A stretch of 64,000 bases of DNA from Hyphochytrium catenoides (GCA_900088475.1 FLMG01002522.1:62001-126000), one strand, 5' to 3'; counted from the first letter of the stretch, positions 48,498 to 62,040 are shown. The notes: generated from the letters alone by a model not told the origin. Numbers and translations are program-made.

Positions 48498-50509
48498 CTA
48501 TCTACATGTCGAACTTTTCGACGGGTCATCTTGGGCTCCTTCCCTGAGCATAGAAAGGTAGGTCTCGCGGCAAAAAGGTGGACTTGGAGGAATGGATTTG
48601 GCTGGTGTGAGGTAGCAAAGAAATAAATGAAGTAGGTGAAAGTATGCCACTGCAAAGCAAGCGACCAATCCACCGAAGGGGCCGACTCCGTAGTATCTAT
48701 ATGTCCCATCGAGCTGGATTAGCTCTCTGTCATTGGCTTTGGAGGAGGCTAGACTGCACTTACCTCTGCAGGCGCTCAACCAGCGACCAATCCGGGGCCT
48801 CCTTGACGTAATAGTATACTCTCTCTGTTCGGCTTGCAACATCTCTCCAGTTGTACATCGAAGTGACTCTCCGATGAAACTCACTCTTGTCGACTCTCTT
48901 TGCTAAGGGAATGGCGTTGGCTACAGCGTCTGTATGGGAACGAGGACTGCTAAACATTTTGATAGCTTAATAAGAGCTCACGGCCATGCTTACCGGCAAT
49001 AGATTGAGGTGTAGTTTTGCAAAGAATGACCATATCAGGGGGCAAGACCTCTGGCACTCCGCCCACCCTGTGAATCAACCTGGCCGTTCAGTAACCTGAA
49101 GTAACCAACGGAGTTTTTTTTGTGAAGGATACCTTGTACTGACTACGAAGAGGCCACAGCTAGCTGCTTCAAGTATGGCAATGCAGAACGACTCGGTCAG
49201 AGAGCAGTTCAAGAAGATATCGCCTCGGACAAGAACGTCGCGAACCTTGGAGTGAGGAACTATGTGTTACAGCAGTTGAAGGTGCAGGTCATTAGCTCGC
49301 AGTCTTTCGGTAACAGACATAGAAAAAAATTCGAGACGCTACCCATAAGAAAGAGATAGATCCTAAACCATCTCATCTTACCTGCGCCCAGCATCTCAAC
49401 CCTATCATGCAGTTGGTGCCTCTCGCACATCTCCTCCAGCAGCAGTCGTTTATTGCCATCGCCACCGATAATGAAGCGGATACTAGGGTTACTTGCCGCT
49501 ATTATTGGAATGGCCTGTCACAAGCTTCTTATACTCCTATCTGCCATAGATGAAAAATTGTGACTAACCTTTGCTATGAGATCCGTCCCTTTTCTATATA
49601 CCAGCCGACTGATGATAACAATGTTGATAATGTTATCATGGCTATCTTGAGTGGGCCTTCCCGGTCGGAACTTGCTTGTGTCGACCGCATTCGGGATGAC
49701 TGAGACTCTAATTGGGTCCAGACGAGCACGCAGACAAAGGTTCTCCCTACAGGTATGTGAGACAGCAATGGCGTGGTCGACTCCAGAGAGTGTATACTTC
49801 ATCAGCTTGTTCAAGTGCACGCTGGCCGTATCTCCAAAGGAAAATAGGGAGTGATCGGTATAAATAACCTATGATTATGATGATGCAGATAGGCCGGTGG
49901 TGAGAAGGTTTGGATACTTATGGACGGTTCTACCGAGGCAAGGTAGCGGCTGACTGGAAAAGGAGGTGGGACGATGTTGCTGCGGTCTACCTTCAATCCC
50001 ATAGTCTTTGCTTCAAGAAAGACCTCGTGAATCATAACTGACGTTGCCTGATCAAAGCTCCCCGTCAATAACTGATGCTCGTCCTTCGTTGAGGAATGTT
50101 ACGGGACTAACCTGATGACCATGTACAATCTGGGCCCCTTCTCTGATTAGGATTTTTCGAAATAGTGGAAACGTAAGGCCCACCAAGGTAGGAATGCTTA
50201 CTCCGTCCACCATCTCTGTCAGAGGGAGATAATACACCTTCAACCCATTGGTCATATAACGAATGCCTCTGCGATCATTGTACCCATGCGTGATAATGAA
50301 CACCTTCAGGATTGAGAAAAAGTGGGAGTTACATTCAAGGGAGGTAGAGTGACAACCAAACCGTTGGTCACCTTATGGCCACGACGCATGAGGCACTGAC
50401 TCAAGGACCAGATGTGCATTTCTACTCCACCAAGACGGGGATAAAAGAAGTCGCATATCATGGCAATGCATAGCGACTGCCCCTGAGCCGCTTCTCCAAC
50501 TAAAGTCAT
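48498..50509 (-). CDS. PIGA: Phosphatidylinositol N-acetylglucosaminyltransferase subunit A (GPI3/SPT14)
   Basis: [95 protein letters not shown]. All introns GT-AG. Confidence 0.97.
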
Positions 50510-50959
50510 GATGGGCGAGTCGGTCCCTTACGCTCAGGGAAGTAAAGTTGCTCGACTATAAGCTTGGCTTCAGTGGTCATCTTAGCCCCATCGCGGACAG
50601 TCCGGATCTTCCTTACACAGCGCGGCCCGCCTAGTTGGGCCATTGCCCGTACAATAAACTGGTAAGAAAGTGAAGGCACTTTTTGGCAGATGCGCCGTGA
50701 ACTGTCATGCCATACCAGCTAACGCGTGACCTCCAGCCTTCAAGGCGAAGACAGACATACAAAATTTGTGAAGATTCTTCTCGCTGTGATCTTACCCAAA
50801 GTTCTCTTCGTACTAACCTTGTCCCTTCTCCTAGGAACTAGGTCTCCACATGAGAGCTTCCGAGCTGCATTCTCATTATTCTATATTTGCATAGGTGTAT
50901 CCAGCGATTAGAAACATTCAGTAAACGAGATTAGGAATTAGTGCGACCAAAGAAGTTGC

Positions 50960-50994
50960 TAACGGCAAGGCTTGTTTGAACGCCTTTTGGCGGG
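50960..50994 (+). promoter_or_regulatory. Cluster of cell-cycle promoter motifs: MSA-like TAACGG, CHR-like TTTGAA, E2F-like TTTGGCGGG
   Basis: Three motifs within 35 bp upstream of the CTF4 start, immediately before an N gap. Motif match only. Confidence 0.35.
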
Positions 50995-51155
50995 NNNNNN
51001 NNNNNNNNNNNNNNNNNNNNNNNNNNNNNNNNNNNNNNNNNNNNNNNNNNNNNNNNNNNNNNNNNNNNNNNNNNNNNNNNNTTTAACTGCAGCTTTTGCT
51101 TTCGAAGCCCTGCGTGTGGGCCAAGAAGGCAGTTGCCATTGATCTCATCCCCAAG

Positions 51156-54100
51156 ATGGCCAGCAATACCGCCATCAGTGTCTCCAACTTTGCTAAAATC
51201 TCTGCCCATTGCTTCGGTTTCACGGAGGCCGTCTACCTTTCGGATGGTGAACATGTCGTCACTGCGGGTGCTGATGGCATGGTCAAGCTTCTAAGCCTTC
51301 CGGATGGGAAGGAGATCTGCTCCTTAGAATGCGACAGCGAGGTGGGTCTTCTGTTTCACTTGTGGCATCATGCCTAGTGGCCTTATCTTTGGAGTTCCTA
51401 CAGATCACCGCACTAGCAGTCAATGACGCTGCAACGCACGTCTATGTCGCCACCGATGAGGATAAAGCTGTGAGATCTTACAAGTTTGCAAAGGATAATG
51501 ATAGTACAAGCTTAGTATTCGACGACCTGGTTTTTCGAGCGACTACTCAGATCCGTTACCTCGCCATTAGCAAATCGCACATGTGAGTACTCGTCAAGCT
51601 AGCGCAGCACTATAGATGTGAGCTCACGTTCAGGACTTACGCTATATAGAGCAATCTCTGGGAGCTTCCCTACAGTGCAAGTGCTGAAGCTTGACGACAC
51701 TACGAATACCAAGGTCTTAAAAGGCAACTCCGGCTCGTCCGTCTACAGCTCGGCGTTTGATCCAAAGGATAGGTACTTGGCCACCACATCGGATGATGGA
51801 AAGGCTAGGGTTTGGAAGTTACAGGATAAAGAAGTAGAAACGATGTTTGAGTACATTGACCCCTCAGAAAGGCTCAACGACGGCATGCTGGGACGGCTCG
51901 CCTGGAGTCCAGACGGCAAATACCTTGCCCTGCCAGGGCGAACTAGTATCGAGATCCGTGCCCGAGATGCCTGGGCCAAGAGCTTCAAGCTAGAAAACGG
52001 TCATACCGGTCTCATCACATTCGTCACATGGTCTCCCAACTCGCTTTACGTGGCCTCAGCAGGACTAGACAAGAAGGTCAGTGCTTCGTGGCTTCTAGCA
52101 TTACCGAGCCATGGGAATGCCTTCATCTTCATATCAGGGGACTATCGGATGACTCGCGTTCTGATAAGGCTGTCTTGACTTTTCTTAGCGTTTGTTTACC
52201 TTGGCCATTGCCTGCGTCCACAGCTGACCGGGTGTGTTTTGCAGGTAGTGGTCTGGGACACTGTAAGCAGGGAAGTGATCAACACATACAGCTTTCTGAA
52301 CGACATTTCAGGGATGCAATGGAATCCTAAGAAGAATGAGTTAGGAGCGGTGGACTTCGATGGGCAACTGGTCTTGCTAAAACACGTTATTCCTGGCAAG
52401 ATGACCAGCCCTACGTCGTCCCCGGAGGAGACGAAGCACGCCGGACCCTCATCATCGTCTTCTGCAAAGGAGACCTCGGCTGAGTCACACGCCGTGGCGA
52501 CCACGGCGAAAGAGACGGCTGGGAAGGGAACCGGCTCGGCTATGGGGGCTAGTAATGAAAGCAAGAAACCTGAGTCTAGAACCCCGGAGGATGGGACTGT
52601 CAGCGTGGCTGCTATAAAGCGTAGCCTTGGGTTCACCGAGGAGGGAGCGATGACTGAGGATTTTATTTCCGCCGCGGAGGTGGAAGGAGAAGAGGTCGGT
52701 AAGGAGGGAGAAGTGGGGGTTGCAGAACGGCCGTACCTCCTCCACCGCACGCCCATGCAAGATGCCTTTCAACCTGGCTCTACACAGCCGAAGAGGAACA
52801 AGCAGATATTGGTATGGAACACCCATGGAAGCGTAGAGTCCCTGTCCCATACATCTGACGAAGAGAAGGATGGAGCTTCATATAACTCTGTAAGAATAGA
52901 GATGGCGGATAGAGAAGCCTTTCGCCCTGTGCGAATATCGGACTACTTTGGCTTCTCGATGGCCGCGCTCAACCCGCAAGGGGNNNNNNNTCAGAGAGGG
53001 AGAAGAGGCGGAAGTGGTAGCCCTAAGTGACCACTGCGTAGCTGTTGGCACTAGCAGAAACTATGTACGGCTGTTTACCCTCAGGTAGGCGGAACTGAGG
53101 AATATGTTGTCCAGTCCTGTAGCTCTGGTTGCTTTCTCTTTTAATTCCTCCTTCTCTCTCTCTCTCTCTTTCTCTCTCTCTCCCCATCTCTCTCTTCCCT
53201 CCCGCTTTCTTTCTAACTCTTTATCTCTGTTCTCTTCTGTCTCTCTCTCGATCCCCTCTATCTCTCTGATGGTTCTCTTCCTTACTACTGCATAATCAGC
53301 CTCTCACCCTCCTCAACATTTTCTCCCATATCGGAACTGAGCTTGCCTTTCTTTTTTGTATTGTCACCTGAAGTGGCGCTCAAGATGGGATTATCATGCT
53401 TCCCGGCCCTCTGGTCTCTCTTGCCGGATCTGGCCCCTTGTTGGCCGTGGTCTATCATTGTGGCGAACCCTTCAACGAGACACAGAATTTGGGTTTCAAG
53501 CTCATGAACATCGTACAAAGGAGGGAGATATGCGCAGGTAAACAGTTCTAAAGGCGGCTGAGCTAGTAAGAGACCTAGATTGATAAAAAAGCTCATTGAG
53601 AAAGTGACCCCCGTGGGAGGGAGCTCTCCACGAATACAAACGCCAGAAGGAAAAGGGATGCGGGTGAAGGGACACGCTCTAATCTTCAGAGTCCTCGAGT
53701 AACTCATGTCTGTACCTGTAGGAACTTTGCCTGTGGGGATTGGCAGCAAGCTCACCTGGTTAGGCTTCTCAGACCGGAACGTCCTTTGTGCAGGAGAGTC
53801 CTCAGGTCTTCTGCTGGGACTGATACCTTTTGCTGGGTGGTAAGTGCCGTAGGAAGAGAGCCTGGTTGGCCTAAATCGAAAAGCAAGAGACATGGAGAGG
53901 AAGCGGTGTAGAGCGGAAAGGTGCTGGAACAAAGCGCGATGCAAAATGAGCAAGCGGGAATGAAGGAGCTGGAAGAAGGGGCCAGGGAGGGTTTCTTCGA
54001 CAGACACTCAGTCCCACAACTATCCTCTTTATAGGCAATGGACACCTCTTCTTGATACTGCCCTTCAGCGCCGCAACCCTTCAGACTCTTACTGGTTCAT

Positions 54101-56159
54101 TGGGCTTACTATGGAGACGCTCCTCTACGTCCCCCTCTCGAACGGACAAGAAGAGCCAGGTATCCCCAAACCACCTATCGCCACACTAGCCATCAAGGTT
54201 CCACTCATCCATGTAAGTCAGCCTCTTCCTTCCCTTTTCTGCAACGTTCCTTTTCTAGACTCTGCAGCTCTCCCTTCACGAGGTTCCCTTACCCAGAATC
54301 TATCCATTTTTAGCACTTTCTTCACTTGTCAGATGGTTTATGACACCTGATAGAACTTACTTACTTCATCCAATTCACATAGCGTTTTCACCTATGATCT
54401 TCCGTTATGCTCTTCTACCGTCGTATTCTCGACAACTATCGGCGGTAGACATCCGCACGTTGCTCTATCATGCTGTTTTCCTTTGTTTGACTTGAGGGCT
54501 GGACTAATGTCTTTCCCACCGTTCTGATTGGTGTGAAGAGCATGGACGCTGGTGTCAAGTTTGTGGAGCAAGAGAAGGACTCTCTCTTCAAACTCTTCAA
54601 TTTGATGGCCATGAGGGAATATCTCTCCCTCGGAGTCCCTGTGGACTCAGATCCAGCGACAGGAAGCAGCAGCGAAGAAGCTGTGAGAAGCGAGGAGGTT
54701 GATGTGGACAAGGTTGTCCTCAAGCTCATTCAGGTGAGAGATGGCTTCTGGCAGACTTTGGATCACGTTCGTGGTCTTTGCTCAACTGATCCTTGGGTAG
54801 TGCACGCGTGTGGCCTTGCTGTGGCACAGTTATGTCTGCGTCTTGCCCGCCTCTTCCTGATCACTCAAAAGACGCTCTCATCTCTGCAGGCTGCCTGTAA
54901 GGCCGATATGCCAGGACGAGCATTGGACTTCGCGGCGAGGCTCAATCTGTCCAAATCCTTAGATATCGCCCGGAAAGTCGCTTCTCATTTCCAGCTGGAC
55001 AGCCTAGTGGAAGGGCTGTATGACCTAGCTGAGGTGACTAATAATGCGATCAGCACACATCGCCATCATCTTTTCTTTTGATAAATGGCCCCTCTCTCTC
55101 AATCTTTTCTCCCCAATCACTATCTCGCCCGCTGCTCTCGGTTCTACATCTTGACGTGGCACTTGCTATTCGCAGAAAAAGGAGCAGGAAGAAGAGTTGG
55201 CGTCTGAGATCGGGAGGTTTCCCCCAAACCTTGCCTATAGAGAGACTAAGCGGGCTGCAGACAGCGACAGGTGAGGCAGGTTTGAGAAGCGCACGAACCC
55301 TACGTCTCTATTGACAAGAGACGCGACCCTTCTTGGGTTATCTTATGTTGTTGCTCGATTTCGTTGTTTCTAAAAGTGCTTTTTCCTTCCTCTCCATCCA
55401 AACTCAAGGCCCGAGGATGATGGTGATACACCGAAGAAGAGGCAAAGAAGTGACTACGCCCAAGCCACAAGGGGCACCGACGAAAACTCATTTGATCAGC
55501 CCGAAAGGGACAGTCCTTTGGAAGGTGATTCAGGTCCACTGCGGACTTCCTCGATTGCTGGAGGTAGAGTCGACGTTCGCGATGCACTGAAGCCTAAGAC
55601 GGCAGGTAGGTCTTCTGGAGATGAATAGTCTTTTTGATTTTTATCTATCCTTGATTCTTTTCCTATCATTGACTCCCCTTCCTTGCTCCATTCGCTTCTC
55701 CCCTAGTTCTCAGGTTGCATTTTTGCTGAGTCTCTCTAATCCATTCCTCACTGTTTTAGTAAATCCCTTTGCCAAGCGGACTCTCATCTCCCCAGTAAAG
55801 CGCAGCGCGATGGAAACCTTGGGCCAGATCAAGCAGCAGTCTTCACCCGCTGGTCCAGTGGTAAAGCCTAAGCTGGGCAGAGAGTCCAGTTTCACTCAGA
55901 AAGGTAGGTGCTCCTCCAGGAGCCATATCTCGCAGCTAGCTACCGTCTCTTTGCCCTGTACGCAGCTAGCTACCGCCTCTGTCCCATGTACCGGACTCCG
56001 AATTGCAGTGCACATGCCTCTATTCATGCCCCTTTGCAGACTCTTCGTCGTTCCTCTTCCGTCTTTGCTCCTCCATTCTAACATCTTTCTCCTCTTTCCA
56101 TATCATGGTGGAACTCTTCGTTCTCGTGGGGTGAAGCTCGCCAGAACTCGCGAGCGTGA
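51156..56159 (+). CDS. WDHD1: CTF4/AND-1 (WDHD1) replisome WD40-SepB protein
   Basis: N-terminal WD40 repeats (VVTAGADGMVKL, AFDPKDRYLATTSDDGKARVW, LAWSPDGKYLA, WSPNSLYVASAGLD). SepB region: QDAFQPGST..ILVWNTHG, VAVGTSRNYVRLFTLSG, LTWLGFS, WTPLLD, DKVVLKLIQAACKAD..RALD. Tail NPFAKR. 3' end approximate. Confidence 0.92.
52984..52990. other. Assembly gap inside the CTF4 coding sequence (other N gaps: 11480-11522, 17101-17102, 50995-51081, 57489-57513)
   Basis: Runs of N. The reading frame shifts across this gap. Confidence 0.95.
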
Positions 56160-57397
56160 GTTAACCGTCGGTCCATGGCGGTGGGTCTGCATCTGCTTCC
56201 CTCTATTTATCTAGAAAACAACGGTCAATCTTCGCTCTGTCTCCTCAGAGGAGGCCTGCTCTTGAGCTCTGGCAAGGTTGTCTGCCGGGGGCGGCACTAC
56301 CGTTTTGTGTTCTGATGCCATGTCGCTTGTTATGTCAGTCTTTCCGGAATGTACGATGCCGTATGCGGGTGGATTCTAAGATCGGCTTGTGTATATTAAT
56401 AATCCGCATGATGGCTCCTTGGCCCCTGTAGTGAGTTCACCGCTGGCCTTTGTAGGAGTGGCCTCTTCCCTCTCTCCTCCCTCCTCCCTCTTCGGCGCTT
56501 TCTTTGTCTCCTCGGGTCGGTCGCTTCTTCCTCTAGCTCTGTCTCTCTCTGTCGTCTTTCTTCTCTCTCTCCCCTTCTACTTTGTCCTACTTCTCTCACC
56601 CTTTCGCATAATGGGTCTTCTCTTCTCACTCTGTCTCATCTCCTTTCTCTCTCTACTATCCTTCGCATTCTTTCTCTCTCTCTCTCTCTCTGCGCATTCT
56701 TTCTACCTCTCCGTCTCTTTTCCCCCTCTCTCTTCCTCTCTTTCCCACCTCTCTCTTTCTCTCGGTGCTTTACATCTTCTGCATATCCCGTCGGACTCTG
56801 GATTGTCCATATCAGTGTTCACGTCAGTGAGAAGCTCAATCGGTTGCCCACGATCCTTTGCTTCTGCCTTTGTCCAATGATATGCTGCCTCTTCATGCCG
56901 TCCATAAGCCTGACCTTTCATGATAGGAGTTACATTTTCGTCGGCATCACATGGCTCTCAGCCCTGTTACGCCGGAGGTGGAACAGGTGATAGCTGCAAA
57001 TGAGAAAGAAGAGTACCAGGAATCGCTGCTGTGGGCTTGCTGACCAAGCGGCGCCGACGGCCCGCCAATGTCCAATCATCATCCCTTTACCTCCTTTTCT
57101 TCCTTGCATGTAGTACACCTACATCTAGTCTCGTCTCCTTTCTCTAGTTGTCCGTCTCTCTCTCTCTTCAGTTTCTCTCTCTCTCTCTGTCTCTCTGCGT
57201 AGACTTTCTCCCGAACTTCTCATCTACGGCATCTTCATTTTGCAAAGACTAGGGGACGCTCTCCTCCTCATTATTTGATGTTCCAAAACTATGCGTGTAC
57301 ACTTCGGTCGAAAAATGGCTTGCTTGTGCTCTTCCTCTCCCTACTGGAACTCTCGCTGCACATCACTTCGGTTTGCTCTTTGCCAGTTGAGGAAGTT

Positions 57398-59012
57398 ATG
57401 AGCAGCAGCAGCATCAGTATGGCGGAGGAAGGGCCAGAAATAAGCTTTGCAGGGCCAGAGGCTGAAGAAGCAGAAGGTGATGGAGGTGNNNNNNNNNNNN
57501 NNNNNNNNNNNNNCAGCAATGCCCGTCACGGGAGCCGACACAACGTTTCCCTGTTGGTTTGAGCTGCTCTTCTGGGACACGGCTCTCTTTCCTGTTATGG
57601 CTCTTGTCCTGTTCTGGTCTATCCAATTCTACGTGAGGCAACGGTACAATCACGATCTCTACGAAGGAAAGCTAGCCACGTGGCCCTTCCGCTATCACCG
57701 CCTTCTCTCTTCTCCGGCGCCCATTATCTTTTTGTCTCTGTTTCTCTGGCTATTCGGTTGGCTTGGAGTTATCCCGAGAGCTGTGAGGACGGTTAGCAAC
57801 TGGGGCGAACCAAGCGGGACTTTAAGCTGCAAGCAATTTGAGCTAATTGACGTAAGTTCCTTATCCATGCCTGGCTTACACTGGTCCACCTCTTCACGAT
57901 AGTTAGCTTGCCATTGCTGTCCTTGCACTATCCGTCAAGCTCTGTCATCTTTATGCCCGGGTCTTCTTATCCACCGTCTGCCCTCTTTCTATCCTCCGTC
58001 CCTCGCACTCTCATAAATGTGCTCTCTCTTGTTGATAAGGCATTGGCTCTTTCCTTTTCTCATCTTCCCTTGCAGGAGCCTCTGGACATACTGTCTTCGC
58101 TAGTCCTTTGTTTTTGCACTGCCGTCACTTCGCAGGCACTTCTCTCCTTTCAACCGCCTGAGGTGGCTAACATTAGGCGACGCTTACATCACGCGGCTCT
58201 GTCTATTTGCTGCGCGTTTATGGCAGTGGACTCTCTTGCTCTGTCCTCCTCTCTTCTTCCTCCTAAAGCTTATGAATATGTGTACTCCTTCACAATTTTC
58301 ACCTTTTCCCTGTGCCTTCACCTCTACTCTTGGACCTTTACCTGGCCCCTGGTGCGGGACTCCTACCTACAAGAGATGAGGGACTTTGCCCTGCCAGGCG
58401 TAAGAGTGAACAGAGTAAGCCCTGATCTCTCGTTTAATGCTAAGAAAAATGGCGGCAAGGAAAAGAAGAACTTGGTGACACGGCAAGAGCTAAGAGAGGC
58501 TCTCTATTCTTCAGAGGAGACGCTGGAAGAGTTTGTTAAATACCTTTGTAAGGTGAGGAGACCCCAGTTTTTCTTTATCTTCTTCCTTGCCTGTGCCTGC
58601 CCCCATTGCGGCACTGCCTGTCTGCTTCTCCACATGTTGGCTAAAATTGATCTACTTCTACTACTCTGCTTCCCTGTTGCTCCAGGAGTTAGCCGTAGAG
58701 AATGGTCTGTTCCTTCAGCACCACCGGAGATTCTTACACTCTCAGGACTCTTGGGAACGCTTCAACATTGCTCAGGACATCTTTGCATTCTCTCTCGAGC
58801 CTAATGCACCAGCGCGTCTAGACCTGGGTGCCGCTCTAAGGTCCGAGGTCTTGGAGGAAGGGAAGAAAATAAGAAGAGGCGAAGAGATGTCTCCTGACCT
58901 TTTCCTTGAGGTTGAAGGTCAGGTCCTGCGGTGCCTGGCCGATCCGTACAAGCGCTTCCTGAGGGAAAAGGCGAAGGCCCACGTTTCAAGCGGGAAAAAA
59001 TTGACATTCTAG
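57398..59012 (+). CDS. Multi-pass membrane protein with a C-terminal RGS domain
   Basis: About 5 hydrophobic helices, then LEEFVKYLCK/ELAVENGLFL..AQDIFAFSLEPNAPARLDLGAALR..DLFLEVEGQVLRCLADPYKRFL. Introns 57852-58075 and 58553-58686. Start is uncertain because of the N gap at 57489-57513 (alternative ATG 57519). Confidence 0.8.
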
Positions 59013-61077
59013 TAGCTCAAACGCCTTTCCCGCTTCTATAAGTTGTCCCTCATCTCCCAAAATGTGGCGCCTGCCAGTGCCACCTGCTCCCAGAACCGTG
59101 ACGCACCCTCCTTGCCTTCACTAACTGCTGTGTCACACTACCTTGTTACATCAATGGGTTCTCCTCGCTCCCAGCTCTATCGTACTCTAACCCCCTCCTG
59201 TCCACGTAGTGACAGTTCCTCTTCCTCGGTTGCTCTCTATCCGTCGCAGCAAAGCTGGCCTGTTGTCCTAGGTTTTCTGTAAGGGAATGCAGAGATAGGG
59301 AATGCAGAGATTGATTACTAATATGTAGAATCGTCTTTCTCTGCATCTTTCCCCGCCGCATCAGCGCTCGTTTCTGTCAGCCCAACTTCCAGTTAGGGCT
59401 TCTCTGCTGGTTCCAATGCCATTATCCTAGAGAGGCAGTGCATTGTGGGCATGAGAGTCAGGCTCTCAGCTCAGGCTCTATCCTTGTCGCTGCAGATAGG
59501 AAGGGCTATCATTCGCCTCGATGGCAAAGGAAGCCGCTTATGGCCTTCTTTCCCCTCATAATTGAAGGGCGAGTTATAACATTTCAGCTTTTTCCTCTCC
59601 TTATGTCTCCTCCATCTTGCACCTATTGGCCCGCATTTATCCAGCCGTTGGGGGTTGAGAAGCCCGTGACTCTGCTAACTTCTCGACTGTGGGGTACGAG
59701 ACCGCACACTTCTTACAAAGAAGAAGACAGTCCGCTGTCACGAGAGGTGTGCAAACTGCACAGCCATAGTCTTCCGCATCACTACTTTCTCCCACCACTT
59801 CTTCGTCTCCCGTCTTTCTACTTAGTGGTGGAAGCTGCCCCGATCGCCTCTGCTGCCGAATAGTTCTTCTTTCGGCCTCTTCTTTGCCCTCTCTTTTCTG
59901 GGGAAGATCCGTCCCGCCCGCTAGATCCCCAGCTCCGGACTCTCTGTACTTGGTTTTCATCGCTCTTTGAGGCCTTAGGGAGCTGTCCGACCTTCTGCTA
60001 AATGAGTCAGACCGCTTTATAGGCCCGTTCGTCGTGGGAAAGACGACCGCCCGATCCCCAAGGTCCGCAGAGTGATACCGCTATCGACACAGCGAGAGGA
60101 TGAAGCAGAGGTTGAGTATAAGGTTTTAGTGACAGACAGAGAGGGTAGCTAGGTACGTTGGAGAAGTAGGACTCTGTATGGTAGAGACACTGAAAGCACT
60201 GGCAAGAGAGAGAGGGAGAGAGAGAGAGAGAGAGAGTAAGGGGAGAGAAAGAGAGACAGTTAAACTGCGTAATAAACAGAAGACGAGGTGTGATAACAAC
60301 CCAAGCGACAGGAAGCTGCCAGGAAGAGAAAGCTGATTGAATTGAGGAGCAGGGACTTGTGAAATAGACGCGAGTGGTTCTTACTCTCCGCATTCTGCGC
60401 GCAAAGCGCTGACGACCATAAAGTCTGCCCACTGGGTCACCTTATCCACATCGCCTTCGAAGCTCTATGCGCTGCTTTCCTTTCCTCTTCAGCAGGCACC
60501 TGACTGGTGGGTTTTCCTTCCTGGCGTGTCCTCTACGTCACTGCAACAGTGGATATAACGCTGTTCAAGCTCTTCGAGGTATCACCGCATCCTTGGGGGA
60601 CGATGTGCCACCTCGATCCCTTGTTAGCGGCACGAGCTGTGCGACAGGCACCGAAAAGAGAAGAAAATTACATCGCCTAAAGGCGATACATTCCCTCTCA
60701 AGGCTGCTGAGACGATATGTGTCCCCAGTAGCTCAAAAAGACTGCGGACTGTTAACTTCTACTCAGAATTTGCAACGCAAAGCATAATAGCAAGGCTTCT
60801 GTGCTTCCTCTTCGAAAGTGGAACGCGGTTGGGATCTCTGTCTGCCTTTCAATCTACGCTGCTGGTCTATGAGGACAGAAGATAACAGCTCTTTGATAGG
60901 CGCCGCCTGCTGAAGAAGAGACGATGCGGGACGAGCTGCAAGACAAGGAACAAGGGACTGACAGAGCTGACAATGGGTGAAAGTGAAAGGCGATGAGTTC
61001 CCACTCTTTCTGTCCTTTTGTCTGCAGAGCGAACCACTGCTTAAAGGCTGGAGTGGCGACTCACTCTGTCTCAACGC

Positions 61078-61079
61078 TT

Positions 61080-61120
<41 letters not shown>

Positions 61121-61121
61121 A

Positions 61122-61161
<40 letters not shown>

Positions 61162-61186
61162 CTCTCTCTCTGTCTCTCTCTCTCTC
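61078..61186. repeat. (CT)n microsatellite
   Basis: About 108 bp near-perfect CT repeat; source of several spurious ORFs. Confidence 0.92.
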
Positions 61187-62003
61187 CCCGAAATAAAAAC
61201 CTGTGTCCAGGAAGCTCGATCGCCACATGCTGAAGGGAAGAACTGGACTTCCAGGCTGCAAACACACATCAGCTCAAACTCACAATCCATTTCCGCAAAG
61301 CCCAAACCTCCAGATGTAGAGCTTATTATTAGTTTAAGATGGGTAAACACGAGTAGGGACAAATCCAAACCAACCCTCATAACAAACACACTATTCTGTC
61401 TTGAGCTCTTAAAAGCTATAGGTGCCATTGACACACATCGATGCCTCTCACACAGATTCATCACACAAATATATATCTATGTGATACTGTACCTAACTCA
61501 AGCTGTCAGCTCACACATTCCCCTCTGCCATTTGGTTGAAGTTTGAGTTACGGCACAGGCGGGAAAAAGCTCCCAAGTACAAGACTATAAGGCGTGTGGG
61601 ATGATCAAACCTCGTACATAAAGACCTCTAATACTCCCTCCAATGGGGATGGGTAGGCCACGGCGACAATGTACATACAAGGATATTATTAGGGAAATAA
61701 TACGAATAAGTATGGACAGCCATTAGTACCTCAACATTGAAACTGCTCTCTGAGCTCAAGATAATGGTAAGACGAGGGTATAATAGGCCCTCAGTCCATA
61801 TTGTAGAATGGAAGAGCGACCTTTTCTGGCCAGACGGGATCTTCTATAATAAATGTATGAGCTCGAACCTCATACATTGTAACGGGCGCTAGGCAAGGGG
61901 GAGGGGGGCATGAAAGGGCATGATAGCGGGGGAAGTGCAGTCAGTGACCCTTATTAGAGACACGGGGATGTGTGATGAGCAGCAGGAGAAGAAGAAGAAG
62001 AGC

Positions 62004-62004
<1 letters not shown>

Positions 62005-62037
<33 letters not shown>

Positions 62038-62040
62038 CAG
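62005..62040. repeat. (CAG)10 TAG CAG trinucleotide repeat
   Basis: Seen directly. Confidence 0.9.

Noticed and set aside
53285-54007. 240-aa minus-strand ORF inside CTF4
   Set aside because: It is antisense to CTF4 exons and introns and has no protein-family signal.
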